Shown here: positions 1 to 12,633 of the stretch, piece by piece
Position numbering within the stretch: the first letter of the stretch is position 1
Layout: each line of letters starts with the position of its first letter
Origin: Nageia nagi
Taxonomy: Eukaryota; Plantae; Pinophyta
Direction of reading: 5' to 3'
Assembly: GCA_050084985.1 (NCBI GenBank)
Contig: JBITNC010000001.1
Coordinates: 159,898,001-159,962,000, forward strand
DNA: 64,000 nt
Position numbers and translations under genes: made by a program
Notes under the pieces: generated by a model
The model's database searches: none
Seen by the model: only the letters and a program-made list of their open reading frames with translations
Told to the model about the DNA's origin: nothing

Positions 1-139
1 TATAAGCTGTCCATTCAGAAGAGTCATGAATAAGAATAATAAAGCGTGCTCGCTCTAAATAACTGCCTGCTGCTCAAGCGTTCAGATAGGTGCGAACAGA
101 GGAACTGACTTTGAGATGTGAAAATAAGGGTCAGCGGAA

Positions 140-262
140 ATTTATAGATTATTTGGACCGCCTAGGGCACGTGGCGACCCTCCATTAGCCGGCTGTGGCG
201 CAGTGTTGAAGAGGTTAATTCGCATGTTCAATACATTTTAGCCCATTCGCATGCTGGGCCTT
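140..262 (-). promoter_or_regulatory. Promoter-like CpG-rich segment: TATAAAT (146-140, minus), G-box CACGTGGC (168-175), GCCCA/TGGGCC site-II-like motifs (241-260)
   Basis: The motifs are visible, and CpG density is higher than in the surrounding TE DNA. No transcript evidence. Confidence 0.4.
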
Positions 263-799
263 TCGACTCGTTTAAGGATCTGATAAATCAACAATTTTAT
301 GAAGTGCGATTAGCTGGATTTTGCATGGTTTTGACATTTTAATTTTTTTAATGTTTTAATTTGATGCGAATTATATACTTATGTAAGATTTCAATTTAGT
401 GTGACTTCACTATGTAGGTTATATTAAGACTTGGGTTTAATGTGACTTAGCCTTTTAAGTTTATAAGATCTTTAAATGATGTGAAAGTAATTTTTAAGTA
501 GTCTTCTTTTAGGTGTGATTCGAGTATTTTTAAAGAGGATTTTGACTCAACATTGACCTTTTAGGCATTATTTGAAGCTTTCATCCTTTCTAGATCATTA
601 AGGTCCTTGTTCATTGCTCTCAAGGCAATTTCCTTCATTGCCTTGTCAAACTTGGGTCCTCCAAAATTATTAAAATTTGGGGTGTATTGTGTTGGCACAA
701 CACCTTCAATTCTCTTCTTATAATTCCAAAGTCAAGACACTTTTTTTCTTATTCTTCAGCTCAATTCTCAACATACTCTCCCTTAAGATTGAATGGGAT

Positions 800-1255
800 A
801 TTTGCAACTTATCTCTCATAATGAGAAACTGTTTCATCTCACTACATTGGTCAATATATCTACCACTTGATCTTCGCTCTTGTCAAAAGTCAACCTAACT
901 TGTTTCCCACAAAGAAACTCCTTAATGCAATGATGTCTCACATCAATGTGTTTGAACTTGTGAAACATTCAATTTTTTTCTCATTGTAATGCACTAATAT
1001 TGTAACAATGCAAGATTATTTCTCATTTTTTCTTTTCTTTCAAGTCTTCAAAATTCCTTGACTAAAGATTCATACCCCTTAGTCCATTTGGTAGTATTCT
1101 GAGGTTGCACTTCTTCCTTCATCCAAGCATGGTTGAGCTCCTTTAGTGGTGCATCATAGTCCGAAGGAGTGTGGCTTGTCTCTTCCATTTCAAATATGAG
1201 GGTTAGAGGTCCTATTGATGAGGCGTTGACCTTCATTGAGCATAGGGAGTTCATG
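800..1255 (-). pseudogene. Decayed Ty1/copia RNase H remnant
   Basis: The reverse complement gives ...HCYNISAL...FH.FKHIDVRHHCIKE...EDQVVDILT, resembling the copia HxRTKHIDVRHHFIRE...DQxADIxT motif. Confidence 0.65.
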
Positions 1256-2288
1256 GTAAATTAGACTGGTCTTCTGAGCCAGACGTCTAGCCCTTTGGGC
1301 CATTGTACTTGTATTTTGAGATCAATATAATTTAGATTTGTATCTCTCTTGGTCTCATACAATTTGTCATTAAAGTTTCTTCTTGTTTAAGGCTGGAATT
1401 GCCCTGTCTTATGTGTAGAATTTTTTTCTTAATTTCAGACATTACAATGGTATCAAAGCAAATATCTTGCCAGCCTTTGAAGATTGATGTAGTCTAATCG
1501 TTACTACCTAAGGAAGAACCAAACTCCAACATCCCAACTAAGGGCAAACATTGAGGAGATGGCCAACGTCCATGATTAGCAGGAGAGACTCGAAGACCAA
1601 AGGCATAATGTGAATGAAGTCATGCTTGATAATGGCGCCCTAAGATATTTGCTTGAGGGACAAGAAGGACATGAAGATAAACGAAGGACGCCACCTCTCA
1701 AAGATTAAGCGGAATAAAAATTTGATATATTGTGTGAATTGATAACTACACTGGTCAATAAGGTCAAGCAAAGTAATGGTCGTTCGACGACAAGAGAAGA
1801 TGAAGTTCATGGTATGGGGCATGGGTCTGAAGAAGAAAGCCATAGGACTCCACTACAAAGATCTAGCTCTGCAAGGGAACGAGATCCAGGAGGAGGGACA
1901 TTTCTACACAAATCAAGATCCGTCAAAGATCCAGGAAGAGATGGACGCAAAACACCCTTGCGAATGCAAGAAGGCAAGACACCCACGTTGAGCTTGGACA
2001 TGACCCGGATAACCACGTTGGGTAGTGTGACGTCTCATTTGGACCATTGACAAATTGTGTCATGGTCACTTTGTAATCTAGTGTTTGTTCATATTCATAT
2101 TGTACATGTGTAACTCAAGCAGAAGCTTATGGTCTGTGGACCCATTGTGAGCCCAAAAATGGGACATCTCCCCTTGAGTAGTATTCAGTGTTAGTTGTAT
2201 TGGGTTATCTTGGATTGTGGGAATCCCTAAATAGGTATGAGTCTTACATAGGCCAGAGTGCATGGAGGAGCATAGAAGTGTTGAGAGG

Positions 2289-2490
2289 GACCCACATATC
2301 CCATGTTGGCTTATGAGGCCACCTAGACCCCCACGTAAGCCTTGAGAGACCCATCAGACCCCACGTCAACCTTGAGGGCCTTTATGAGCCCCACGTTGAC
2401 ACACTAGGCCCATGGGACCCCCACGTTAGCATACTGGGCCAATATGACCCCATGTTGGCATGGTTGACTTCTTGACCCCAATGTTGGAAT
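2289..2490 (+). repeat. ~30-bp tandem array with CCCCACGT core in the E1/E2-family LTR (also ~6993-7192 and ~8918-9086)
   Basis: About 7 diverged units of gaccccacgtt...; the copy in the LTR starting at 8656 has one unit fewer. Confidence 0.85.
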
Positions 2491-3724
2491 AGACTTGGCT
2501 TGGGATGATATTGAGACATGTTGGATAGACATGGGAGGCTATATATTGAGGATGGAGCTCCATGATGAGGTTAGCTATTGATTATACTTCTATTACATTG
2601 AACCCGATCAAACTTGCAAGTCTTGGCGATGCCTAACGTTCTTCCTAGGTGGTATCTAGAGGGGTGACAAGGTTGGGAGCCCAACACTCTATGACTTAGG
2701 TGGGTCACCTAATCCATCTGATGGTATTCCGAGGGCGAGCTTCTACCTTCAATGGTTATCCAGGGTTCGAGGAGGCTCCTTCATAGGAGAGGAATCGAAG
2801 TCTGAGGGAGTTATTCCTATGGTGTTCGACTTGTTCAAGGGTTTGGAACCCTAGATCTGGATATTGAGATCCTCATTGTACTCCTTTGCATATCATAATA
2901 TAATCCATCTCATTGTGTCTCTCCATTGTGTTGTCCATTGTTGTGTAGGTGTATCTCTTATAGACTGATGTTGTAAGCTTCATTCCATTCATAGGTGTTC
3001 AGCCATTGTGTTTGTATTTGTGAGGCATTCGTTGGAGTGCTAAGCATTGGTGTGTGCCCTAGAGGGTTGACATTAGGGTGTAGGGTTTGCGTAGAAGCCT
3101 TAGGAGGTTCACGTCTGCATTGTGTGGTGTTAGGATGCCCTAGGGGCCCAACGTAGGTGTGCTAGCTTTATTTGTTGAGGGTTTGAATTGCATAGTTGGA
3201 GTCGTTTATACTAAAAGTGATTTTAGATCGACACAAGTGGTATCAAAGCCTGGATCTTGCCAACCTAAGGGCATGGAGGGTCGATCCACGGTTACCGTGA
3301 AGAAGTCAGAATATGGACCGAAGATATTTCAGCACTTGCTTCACAAATTTGAGGAGGAAAAGATCCCCATGGAGGATAGACGAAAGCTTATTTGGTATCT
3401 AGGTGAAAGGCATGCGAATAGGATGTGCAAGAAAAAGGGAAGGCCATGCCTACCAAGACCCGATCCAGCACATAAGATGCCACCAGGAATTGAGATCTTG
3501 CTCCAAATATATCGTGGGATGGTCGAGGGTTTCAAAATGATGTCACTTTTCATGTGTATCAAGACTTGCTCGGCTATGGAGTGAATGCTTGGGATGGTAA
3601 TTTCATTGGGGATGTTGAGGACAGCTCAACCTTAACGGCCAAACCTAAGGAGGGCGATGAGGATGAAGGAGTTCAGGATTTGAAGAAAAAGTAGGATTCG
3701 ATAGAGGGGATCCGGGAAGGCGCC

Positions 3725-6700
3725 TTGAGCCTGAAAAACAAGATTGAATGGAAGATATCCCTCCGATCCAGTGCCACACACAATTGCTTAGAGATGGTCC
3801 TGGAAGTGATCTCAGCAAGGAGTATGGATGCCACGATCCGAAAGAAGGATAATGAATGGGTTTGCATATTCACATTGTCCAAGGGAGGGCCAATGTTGGA
3901 TACTAAAGAGGTACCAAAGCAACCGCCAGAGATCCAAGCCATTCTGGATCAGCACCCAGACATTTTTTCGGAGATTCTAAGAGGCTTACCACCGTCCAGG
4001 GGTTTCGAGCACATGGTGGAGCTAGAGGAAGGTGCGAAGCTGGTCATGATCACACCATACAGACACTCCAAATCCTATAAAGATGAGATTAAGAAGGCCA
4101 TCAAGGAGTTACTAGATATGGGATTCATTAGACCAAGCACTAGCCCCTTTGCATCTTCGATGGTTTTGGTGAAGAAGGATGGAACCATGAGGATGTGTAT
4201 TGATTAGCAGTTGTTGAATAAGAAGAATATCAAGAACCAATACTTGATCCCACGGGTAGATGAGCTAATAGATGAGTTGCATGAAGCCAAGTACTTCTCC
4301 AAGGTTGATTTCAGGTCAAGTTATCATCAAATCTGGATGAAGAAGGAGGATGTACACAAGACAACATGTCATTGTCACATTGGCCATTTCGAGTTCATGG
4401 TGATGCCATTTGGACTCACCAACGTCCCAGCTACTTTCCAATCAGCAATGAATCAGGTGTTTTAGGAGCAATTAAGGAAGCATGTCTTAGTATTTTTTGA
4501 GGACATACTGATCTACAGCAACATGTGGGAGGAGCATCTCGGTCATCTGGATGCTGTATTGGGGATATTGCAGGAGCAACAGTTCTATGCCAAGTTGTCC
4601 AAATGCGAGTTTGGGATGATAGAGATCTTGTATCTAGGGCATGCGATTAGCCACAAAGGAGTGCAAGTGGGCGAACAAAAAATCTCTGCAATAAAGGAGT
4701 GGCTGAACCCCACAACCCTCACGCAGATGAGAGGATTCCTTGGGTTATGCAACTAATATCTGAGATTTATACAGGGGTTTTCTCACTTGGCAGCACCTCT
4801 CACGTAGCTCATTAATAAAGATGCCTTTGTTTGGAGTGATGAGGCACAGGAGGCCTTTAGGAAGCTTAAGGAGGTGATGTGCACATGTCCCTATTCGGCT
4901 ATACCTGACTTTTCATCCCCTTTCATAGTGGAGTATGATGCATCCAAGTTGGGTGTAAGGGTTGTGTTGATGCATAATGGATAGTTAGTGGCTTTTGAGA
5001 GCAGGAAATTGACCAATTTTGAGAAGAATTTGAGTGTGTATGACAAGGAGATGTTGGCTATCATGCATGCACTTGAGAAGTTCAAATAGTATATGGTATG
5101 TGGGCCATTTGTTATACGAAGTGATCATACCAATTTGAAGTATTTCCTTAGTCAGATTGATCTCCAGAAAAGCAACAAAGGTGGGTGAGCAAGTTGCAAT
5201 CGAACGATTTTGAGATCCAGTACATCAAGGGTAAGAACACAGCAACAAATGCTCTATCCCGACACCCATCATTTTGTTCACTCTTAGCCATCACAACAAA
5301 ATGGAAGGAGGTCATGGATGAGTATGCACAGGATGTATTCACTACAAGGATCCTTGATGGATCAATCAGGAACAAAAGGTATTTGATCAAGGAGGGGCTG
5401 ATCTACAAAGGAAGGAGGATCCTCTTGACACCCACATCTGAAGTAAAGAAGAAAGTGTTGCATGCACTTCACAACACACCTCTCGCAGCTCATCCTGGTG
5501 TTCGTAAGACCTACTAGGCCGTTAGGGAAAGATTCACATGGAAAGGACTCAAAAAGGATGTAGTGACCCACGTCCAGGATTGCACACGTTGCCAAGAGAA
5601 TAAGGATGAGTATGTGAAGCCGGGAGGATTGCTTTAACCTTTTCCTATCCCTCAACAGAAGTGGAAACACATCTCCATGGATTTCATCATGGTTTTGCCG
5701 AAAACCCAAGGGAAGGATAGCATCATGGTGGTGCTTGACAGGCTCACCAAGTTTGCCCATTTCTTCGCCATTTCCACCACACACATAGCCATACAGATTG
5801 CAGATTTATTCTTCTGAGAAGTTTTTAGACTGCATGGCATACCATTGAGAATAGTCAATAACATGGACATCAAGTTCATGAGCGTGTTTTGGCAGGAACT
5901 ATTCAAACTGAGTGGGACGGCTCTCACACCTAGCCCTTGTTATCACCCTCAGACGAATGGGTAGACGAAGATCATCAACAAATGGGTTGAAGGATACCTG
6001 CATCACTAGGTCATAGGCCAGCAGCAAACGGGGGTCAAGTGGCTCCACATTGGGGAGTATTGCTACAACACCACCCTCAATTCGTCCAATAAGATGTCTC
6101 CCTTCAGTGCACTATATGGCTATGATCCTCCTAACTTTACTTATTTGATTTTTTATGAGGGTAAAGCACCCATGGCTAACCAGTTCTTGCAAGAATATTA
6201 GGACATATTGAGGGTGCTGAGGGACAACCTGAAGATGGCTCATGATAGACAGAAGAAATTCTATGATCAGCATCAAACTGAGAGAAGTTTCAAGTGGGGG
6301 ACATGGTGTACTTGTGTCACAACCCTTTTGCCAATCGTCATTCAAGAAGCGAAAGGCAGAGAAATTACAGCCACGTTTCTTTGGGCCTTAAAAGATTCTG
6401 CTTAAGATTGGAGAGGTTGCCTATGAATTGGAGTTACCTCTGGGGAGCAAGATCCACAGCACTTTCCATGTATCCCTGTTGAAGAAGGAAATCGGACACT
6501 AGGATGTCTCTTCTTCGATCTTACCACCAATCGATGATGAGAAATGATTGGTCCTCATACCGGAGAAGGTGCTAGAAACTAGGGTAAGGAAACTCAGGTA
6601 CAGGCAGATCCAAGAGCACCTGATCAAATGGAAGAATCTTGAAGAAGACTCAAAGTGGGAGGGAGAGGACATTTTAGCACATCCATCACTTGGTTACTTA

Positions 6701-6754
6701 AGGGCAAACAATCGCGGGAGAGTAGGCTTTGTGACGTCCAATTTGGACAATTGA
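3725..6754 (+). pseudogene. E2 pol remnant: RT - RNase H - integrase - chromodomain, with many stops and frameshifts
   Basis: Motifs GFIRPSTSPFAS, KKDGTMRMCID, FMVMPFGLTN, VFFEDIL (DD-box variant), EYDAS, HPG...C..C, ISMDF, YHPQTNG, and chromodomain PEKVLETR...HLIKWKNL. Confidence 0.93.
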
Positions 6755-8655
6755 CAAATTGTGTCATGATCACTTTGTAATCTAGTGTTTGTTTATATTC
6801 ATGTTGTACATATGTAACTTAAGTAGGAGCTTATGGTCTATGGACCCATTGTGAGCCCAGAAATGGGACGTCTCCCCTTGAGTAGTATTGAGTGTTAGTT
6901 GTATTGGGTTATCCCAGATTGTGGGAATCCCTAGATAGGTATGAGTCTTGCATAGGCCAGAGTGCATGGAGGAGCATAAAAATGTTGAAAGGGCCCCACA
7001 TACCCCACATTGGCTTATGAGGCCACCTAGACCCCCACGCCAACCTTGAGAGGCCCATCAGACCCCACGTCAGCCTTAAAGGCCTTTACGACCCCCACGT
7101 TAACACACTAGGCCCATGGGACCCCCATGTTAGCATACTTGGCCAATATGACCCCCACGTTGGCATGGTTGACCTGTTGACCCCAAAGTTGGAATAGACT
7201 TGGCTTGGGATGATATCAACACATGTTGGATAGACATGAGAGGCTATATATTGAGGATGGAGCTCCATGATGAGGTTACTTATTGATTATACTTCTATTA
7301 CACTAAACCTGATCAAACTTGCAAGTCTTGGCGGTGCCTAGCATTCTTCCTAGGTGGTATCTAGAGGGGTGACAGGGTTGGGAGCCCCGCACTCTACGAC
7401 TTAAGTTGGTCACCTAGTCCATCCGATGGTATTCCGAGGGCAAGCTTCTACCTTCAATGGTTATCCAAGGTTTGAAGAGGCTCTTTCGTAGGAGAGGAAT
7501 CGAAGTCTGAGGGAGTTAGTCTTTCCAGTCTTTCCTATGGTGTTCGACTTGTTCAAGGGTTTGGAACCCTAGATCTGGATATTGAGATCCTCATTGTACT
7601 CCATTGCATATCATAATATAATCCATCTCATTGTGTCTCTCTTCATTGTGTTGTCCATTGTTGTGTATGTGTATCTCTTATATACTGGTGTTGTAAACTT
7701 CATTCCATTCGTAGGTGTTCAACCATTGTGTTTATATCTATGAGGCATTCGTTGGAGTGCCAAGTGTTGGTGTGTGCCCTAGAGGGCTGACATTAGGGTG
7801 TAGGGGTTGCATGGAAGCCTTAGGAGGCTCACGTCTGCATTGTGCGATGTTAGGATGCCCTAGGGGCCCAATGTACATGTGCTAACTTCATTTGTTGAGG
7901 GTTTGAGTTGCATAGTTGGAGTCGTTTATACTAAGTGATTTTAGATCATCATAGGTAGTCAGGTATTTTGGAGCCCCACGTTAGGGAGGAGGCCATCTGG
8001 AATGGCTACATTGGGTTTCCAAGGAGATTGGGACCCCATGTTGAGCATGGATGAAACTAGGACAACCACGATGGGTAGCCAAGGAGGTTGGAGCTCCACG
8101 TTGGGTAGGAGGTCATCCGGGACAGCCACGTTGGATGATTAGGCAATGTGGGAATCCATGAAGAATGTAGTGTCTTTAGAGTCAGCTCCGTTGGGGATCC
8201 AAGGAGTAGGGAATCCCACATTGAGCCTCTGGGAGGCAGGAGCGCCTACACAAAGTACTCGGGAATTCTGGAACCCTACTTTGCAGATTGGGGAATCAAT
8301 TGTTGATGAGGGTATCAAGTCCGGAAAGGGGCCTATGCCCAATACATTTTTTGCTGACAATCATCTTTTGCAGGACATTGCAGGTACAACTGAGTGTGGG
8401 AGTACACTCAAGTCCATGACTGAAGAGATTCATCCATGAACATAAACTTAGGAGAGGTGGTCCTGGACGCTTCATGAGTTCACAAATCACTGAGTTATCC
8501 AACGCTAAAGACCCACTACAGCCAAAGGTATTTTAGATAAGGATGGTATTCCAGAGAGGTGTGGTACGGCTAAAGACACCAAAGGATTCTTCGAAGACAG
8601 TGCATAGCTATCTCCTACCATTGCTTAAGGGCAAGCAATTCGAGAAGGGAGGCTT

Positions 8656-9824
8656 TGTGAGTTCCCATTTGGGCCATTGAGAAATTATGTCATGGTCACT
8701 TTGTAATTTAGTGTTTGTTCATATTCATGTTGCACATGTGTAACTCAAGCAAAAGCTTATGCTCTGTGGACCCCACTGTGAGCCCAATAATGGGACATCT
8801 CCCCTTGAGTAATGTTGTGTTAGTTTGTAATGGGTTATCCCGGATTGTGGGAATCCCTATATAGGCATGAGTCTTGCGTAAGCTAGAATGCATGGAAGAG
8901 CATATCAACGTTCGGAGGGCCCCACATACCCCACTCTAGTTGATGAGGCCACCTAGACCCCCACGTCAACCTTGAGGGTCTTTATGACCCCCACGTTGAC
9001 ACACTGGGCCCATGGGACCCCCACGTTAGCATAATGGGCCAATATGACCCCCACGTTGGCATGGTTGACCTGTTGACCCCAACGTTGCTATAGACTTGGC
9101 TTGGGATGATATCGAGGCATGATGGATAGACATGGGAGGCTATATATTGGGGATGGAGCACCATGATGAGGTTAGTTATTGATTATACTTCTATTACACT
9201 GAACCCGATCGAGCTTGCAAGTCTTGGTGGTGCCGAGCATTCTTCCTAAGCGGAGTCTAGAGGGTGAAAGGGTTGGAAGCCCGACACTCTATGACTTAGG
9301 TGGGTCACCTAGAACATCCGATGGTATTCGGAGGGTGAGCTTCTACCTTCGGTGGTTATCAAGGGTTCGAGGAGGCTCCTTCGCAAGAGAGGATTCAAAG
9401 TCCAAGGGAGTTGGTCTTTCCTATGGTGTTCGGCTTGTACAAGGGTTTGGAACCCTAGAACTAGATATTGAGATCCTCATTGTATACCATTACATATCAG
9501 AATATAATCCATCTCATTGTATCTCTCTCCATTGTGTTGTTCATTGATGTGTATGTGTTGGCTCTTGTATACTGGTGGTGTAAGCTCCATTGTGTTGTGT
9601 TCATATCTGTGAGGCATTTGTTGAGGTGCCAAGTGTTACTGTGTGCCCTAAAGGGGTGACGTCAGGGTGTAGGGGTTGCGTGGAGGCCTTGGGAGGTTCA
9701 CGTTTGCATTGTGGGGTGTTAGGGTGCCCTAGGGACCCAACATAGGTGTGCTAGCTTCATTTGTTGAGGGTTTGAGTTGCATAGTTGGAATCATTTGTAT
9801 TGAGAATGATTTTAAATCATCACA
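8656..9824 (+). repeat. 3' LTR of E1, same family as the E2 LTRs
   Basis: Colinear with 2026-3235; TGTGA...TCACA termini; PPT immediately upstream. Confidence 0.92.
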
Positions 9825-10084
9825 TCTAGGCCATCCATCCCTGCTAGATCTGGGATGTTAGGTCCCTTGTGAAAATAAGCACCTCAATTGGAGAGAGTTC
9901 ATACCAACATCAATTGCTTGCCAAGGACAAGATGCATGGATGCAACCACACGAATAGAGTTGACAAGGAAAAAATTGTATTATACATGCAAGAATCCATA
10001 GGAGCCCAATCATGATAAGATAAGATGCATGAATGCAACCACACCTGAAGAGGTTGGTAGTCGAACTATGCCAACATAATAAAG

Positions 10085-10310
10085 TAAGGTGCCATCTTCT
10101 TGCTTTGAATAGAGTGAGATAGTGTATTGACTAATATCCTCTCCATCAAGGTCCAATTTGTTGCTCTCAAACTCGGTCCCCAAATCTCTACTCCATACAA
10201 CGTTGCAGGAGTAACTAAAGTGTGGAAGAGTTGTAGTTTGGATGAAATGTCTTAGAGATGGTACCTAAGAATCTCAACATAGTAGCCTTTGCCACAATTG
10301 TTTATATTTG
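10085..10310 (-). pseudogene. RTE/RTEX-like LINE RT C-terminal fragment
   Basis: The reverse complement translates to DISSKLQLFHTLVTPATLYGVEIWGPSLRATNWTLMER, homologous to 25200-25370. Confidence 0.7.
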
Positions 10311-12633
10311 GAAACCACAAAACAAAGATATCAAAATTTACCCTTATATATCAGTGTTGATATTTTAGGAAAAAAGTTTAAAAGAGACTAACAAGTAGTT
10401 GGAGAACATGTATTAGAGTTGATAACATACTTTGGTGTCTTTCAGATAATTCAAAACTAACATGGGCTATGAAGAACATCTTTTGACACTTGCACACACT
10501 AGTTAAGGAAAGTTGCTACTTCATCTACAATTAATTAATCTATTTTCTCATGATCGTTACTTGAGATCTAGATAACATTAATAGTGACCATAATATATTC
10601 CGGAGGGCTATTTTAGAAAGGTAGTCTTAACTTTTAGTACAAATTAGGAGACGAAGTCATGCTATGCAAGCAATTATTTTCCATGCTTCGTCTTGTAGTT
10701 TTGCTTAAGTTACCATATGAATGTACTTGCAAACGTTAAGAGCGATTTTCTTTGGTTTTTGTTTTAGTCTTGTCTGTTATTTTTATATGTTATCTCGTTG
10801 TGTTGCTTTAATAATCAGAGATGCTAGAATCTTTGCCATGATTGAAACCAAGACATCCCCAAACAAAGACAATGTTACCATCCAAAAATTTGCAAACTTG
10901 CAAGAGAGCAAAATTTCAGTCAAACAGAGTTCTATATCCCCAATAATCAAGTCCAAAATTTAAAAAAAAAAATGAATTTTGAACTTTTCGAAGTGTTTTT
11001 GCTTTAGTCGGATCCCGGGAGCCTTTAACAATGTCATCAACTAATAGGATCCAACTAATTAGTTTTAGTCCCCTTGTTTCCCTTTGGTTCGACCGAACCT
11101 CAACTTAACATTATTGTAGTTAACTTCCTCGACCCAACTAACCATTTCTCGTTGGTCAGATCCAGACGCTTGTTGACCTCATACAACAGCTTGTTATTGA
11201 CATCCTCCATTCGATTAGTCATCTTTTCCTTGAGTTGCATCCTCCAAGCAATTAAGCATCATAGGCAAGCCTTTCATCATATACATCCCTAATCCGACTA
11301 ACAATTTCTTGATGGTCGAATCGAGATCCTCAACAACCCTCTGCAACTAACTTATCATCATTAGCCTCTTCCACCTGATTAACACTTAGGTCCGAGTTGA
11401 ATTCACGAAGTTAAGGATGAACGCGCCTAAGTTTGTCATTAATGATAAGCTCTACTCGACCAACATCCCCTCTTAGTCGGGTGAAGAAACTCGTTGATAA
11501 CAATTTTTTGGTAACTTACCATCATCAACCTTGTCAACCCAACCAATGCGCCCAATCCTTCATTCAATACGCGTACCCTGGCAAATCTCAATCATCCGTT
11601 CGCGGATGCATGGCCCATTCCATGAGCGACACATGTACTACCTATACCCTAGCATGCCTAGACCCCCTTTATAGCATTGTAGTAGGCCGAAGGGTCTTAA
11701 AGTAAATAAGCGAAGCACTACCAAAATCTTAACTCTCTCGTGCATCTGACCAATGTGAAGATAAAACCTTAAGTCAGACTCACAAGACCAACAACATGTG
11801 GAAAAATCTCCTATTATACCTTGTCCCAATCTAACTAACAAAATCTTGATCGCAAGTACCAAGGCTAGTGGGGAAGAGAACAAGCTTGATAATGACGAAC
11901 CAAACAGGTAATTTTTTCAAGTCTTTACAATCGAATCCAAGAGGCCTTTGACAAGGTTATGTTGGGGAAAGGTTGTTAAAGAGTCTTCAACCAAACCAAA
12001 AGAAAATGCTAAGTCTTAAGGTTAGATCAAAGAAAAGATTGACGAAGTTAGGTCGATAGGCCTTCAAACCCGACCAACAAAGGAACGTTCAAGTAGTGAT
12101 GGTTGAAAGAAAGAAGAAGATGATGACAACAAAAAAGCGAGGTTTGTTGATAACCCTCTCAACCTGACCAAGTAGAAAAATTGCCCAAGCCATAAGGTCC
12201 AATCATTAAGGGGGATGACTAAAAAAATGCAAACGTTGTTGATTGTGTCTGAAACCCAACCCAATACAAAAGCATTCAAGTATTAACAGTCGAAACAAAG
12301 ATAACAATGATAACAAATGACAAAAAGGTCGATCTTAGTCAAGGACCTTCTCGCCCCAGTCGAAAGTCAAGCAGGTGTTAAGGTTAGATCTTCGAGAGCG
12401 ACTAATACTTTTTGAAGGTCATCAAATTTTTCAACCCAACCAAAGGAAGAGTAAAAGTTGGCTAAGTATTCAGTCGAAAGTTTGAAGAAGTTGATGATGA
12501 CAAAAATTCCCTAAAAATTGGTCATCAAATCTTTTAGTCCGACCAAGAGGGAATGTTGGTTGGAGTGTTAAGGTTGATGATTAAAATACTACTTCAATAT
12601 CAAAATTTCTAACTAAGGTTCTTGTTTTGCATA

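Larger units (their letters stand above)
2026..7953 (+). mobile_element. E2: Ty3/gypsy chromovirus LTR retrotransposon, degenerate, no recognisable gag/protease
   Basis: LTRs at 2026-3235 and 6730-7953, TSD GGTAG (2021-2025 and 7954-7958), PBS at 3238-3249, purine tract before 6730. Confidence 0.95.
1291..9824 (+). mobile_element. E1: non-autonomous Ty3/gypsy (chromovirus-derived) LTR element, interrupted by E2
   Basis: LTR-end ...CATTACA (1446) and PBS TGGTATCAAAGC (1448-1459). One degenerate ORF runs 1487-2025 plus 7959-~8650. PPT GAGAAGGGAGG precedes a 3' LTR at 8656-9824 (TGT...ACA). The left boundary is uncertain. Confidence 0.65.

Noticed and set aside
1648-1666. TTGCTTGAGGGACAAGAA as another pre-PPT hairpin
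   Set aside because: No PPT or LTR follows, the stem is imperfect, and it is simply in-frame LLEGQE of the E1 ORF.
2078-9659. Recurrent short ORFs (MHSGLCKTH..., MELHPQY...) as a gene family
   Set aside because: They recur only because they lie within the three LTR copies.
9929-10044. 23-bp direct repeat AAGATGCATG(G/A)ATGCAACCACAC
   Set aside because: Only two copies in decayed TE context; no further structure supports a function.
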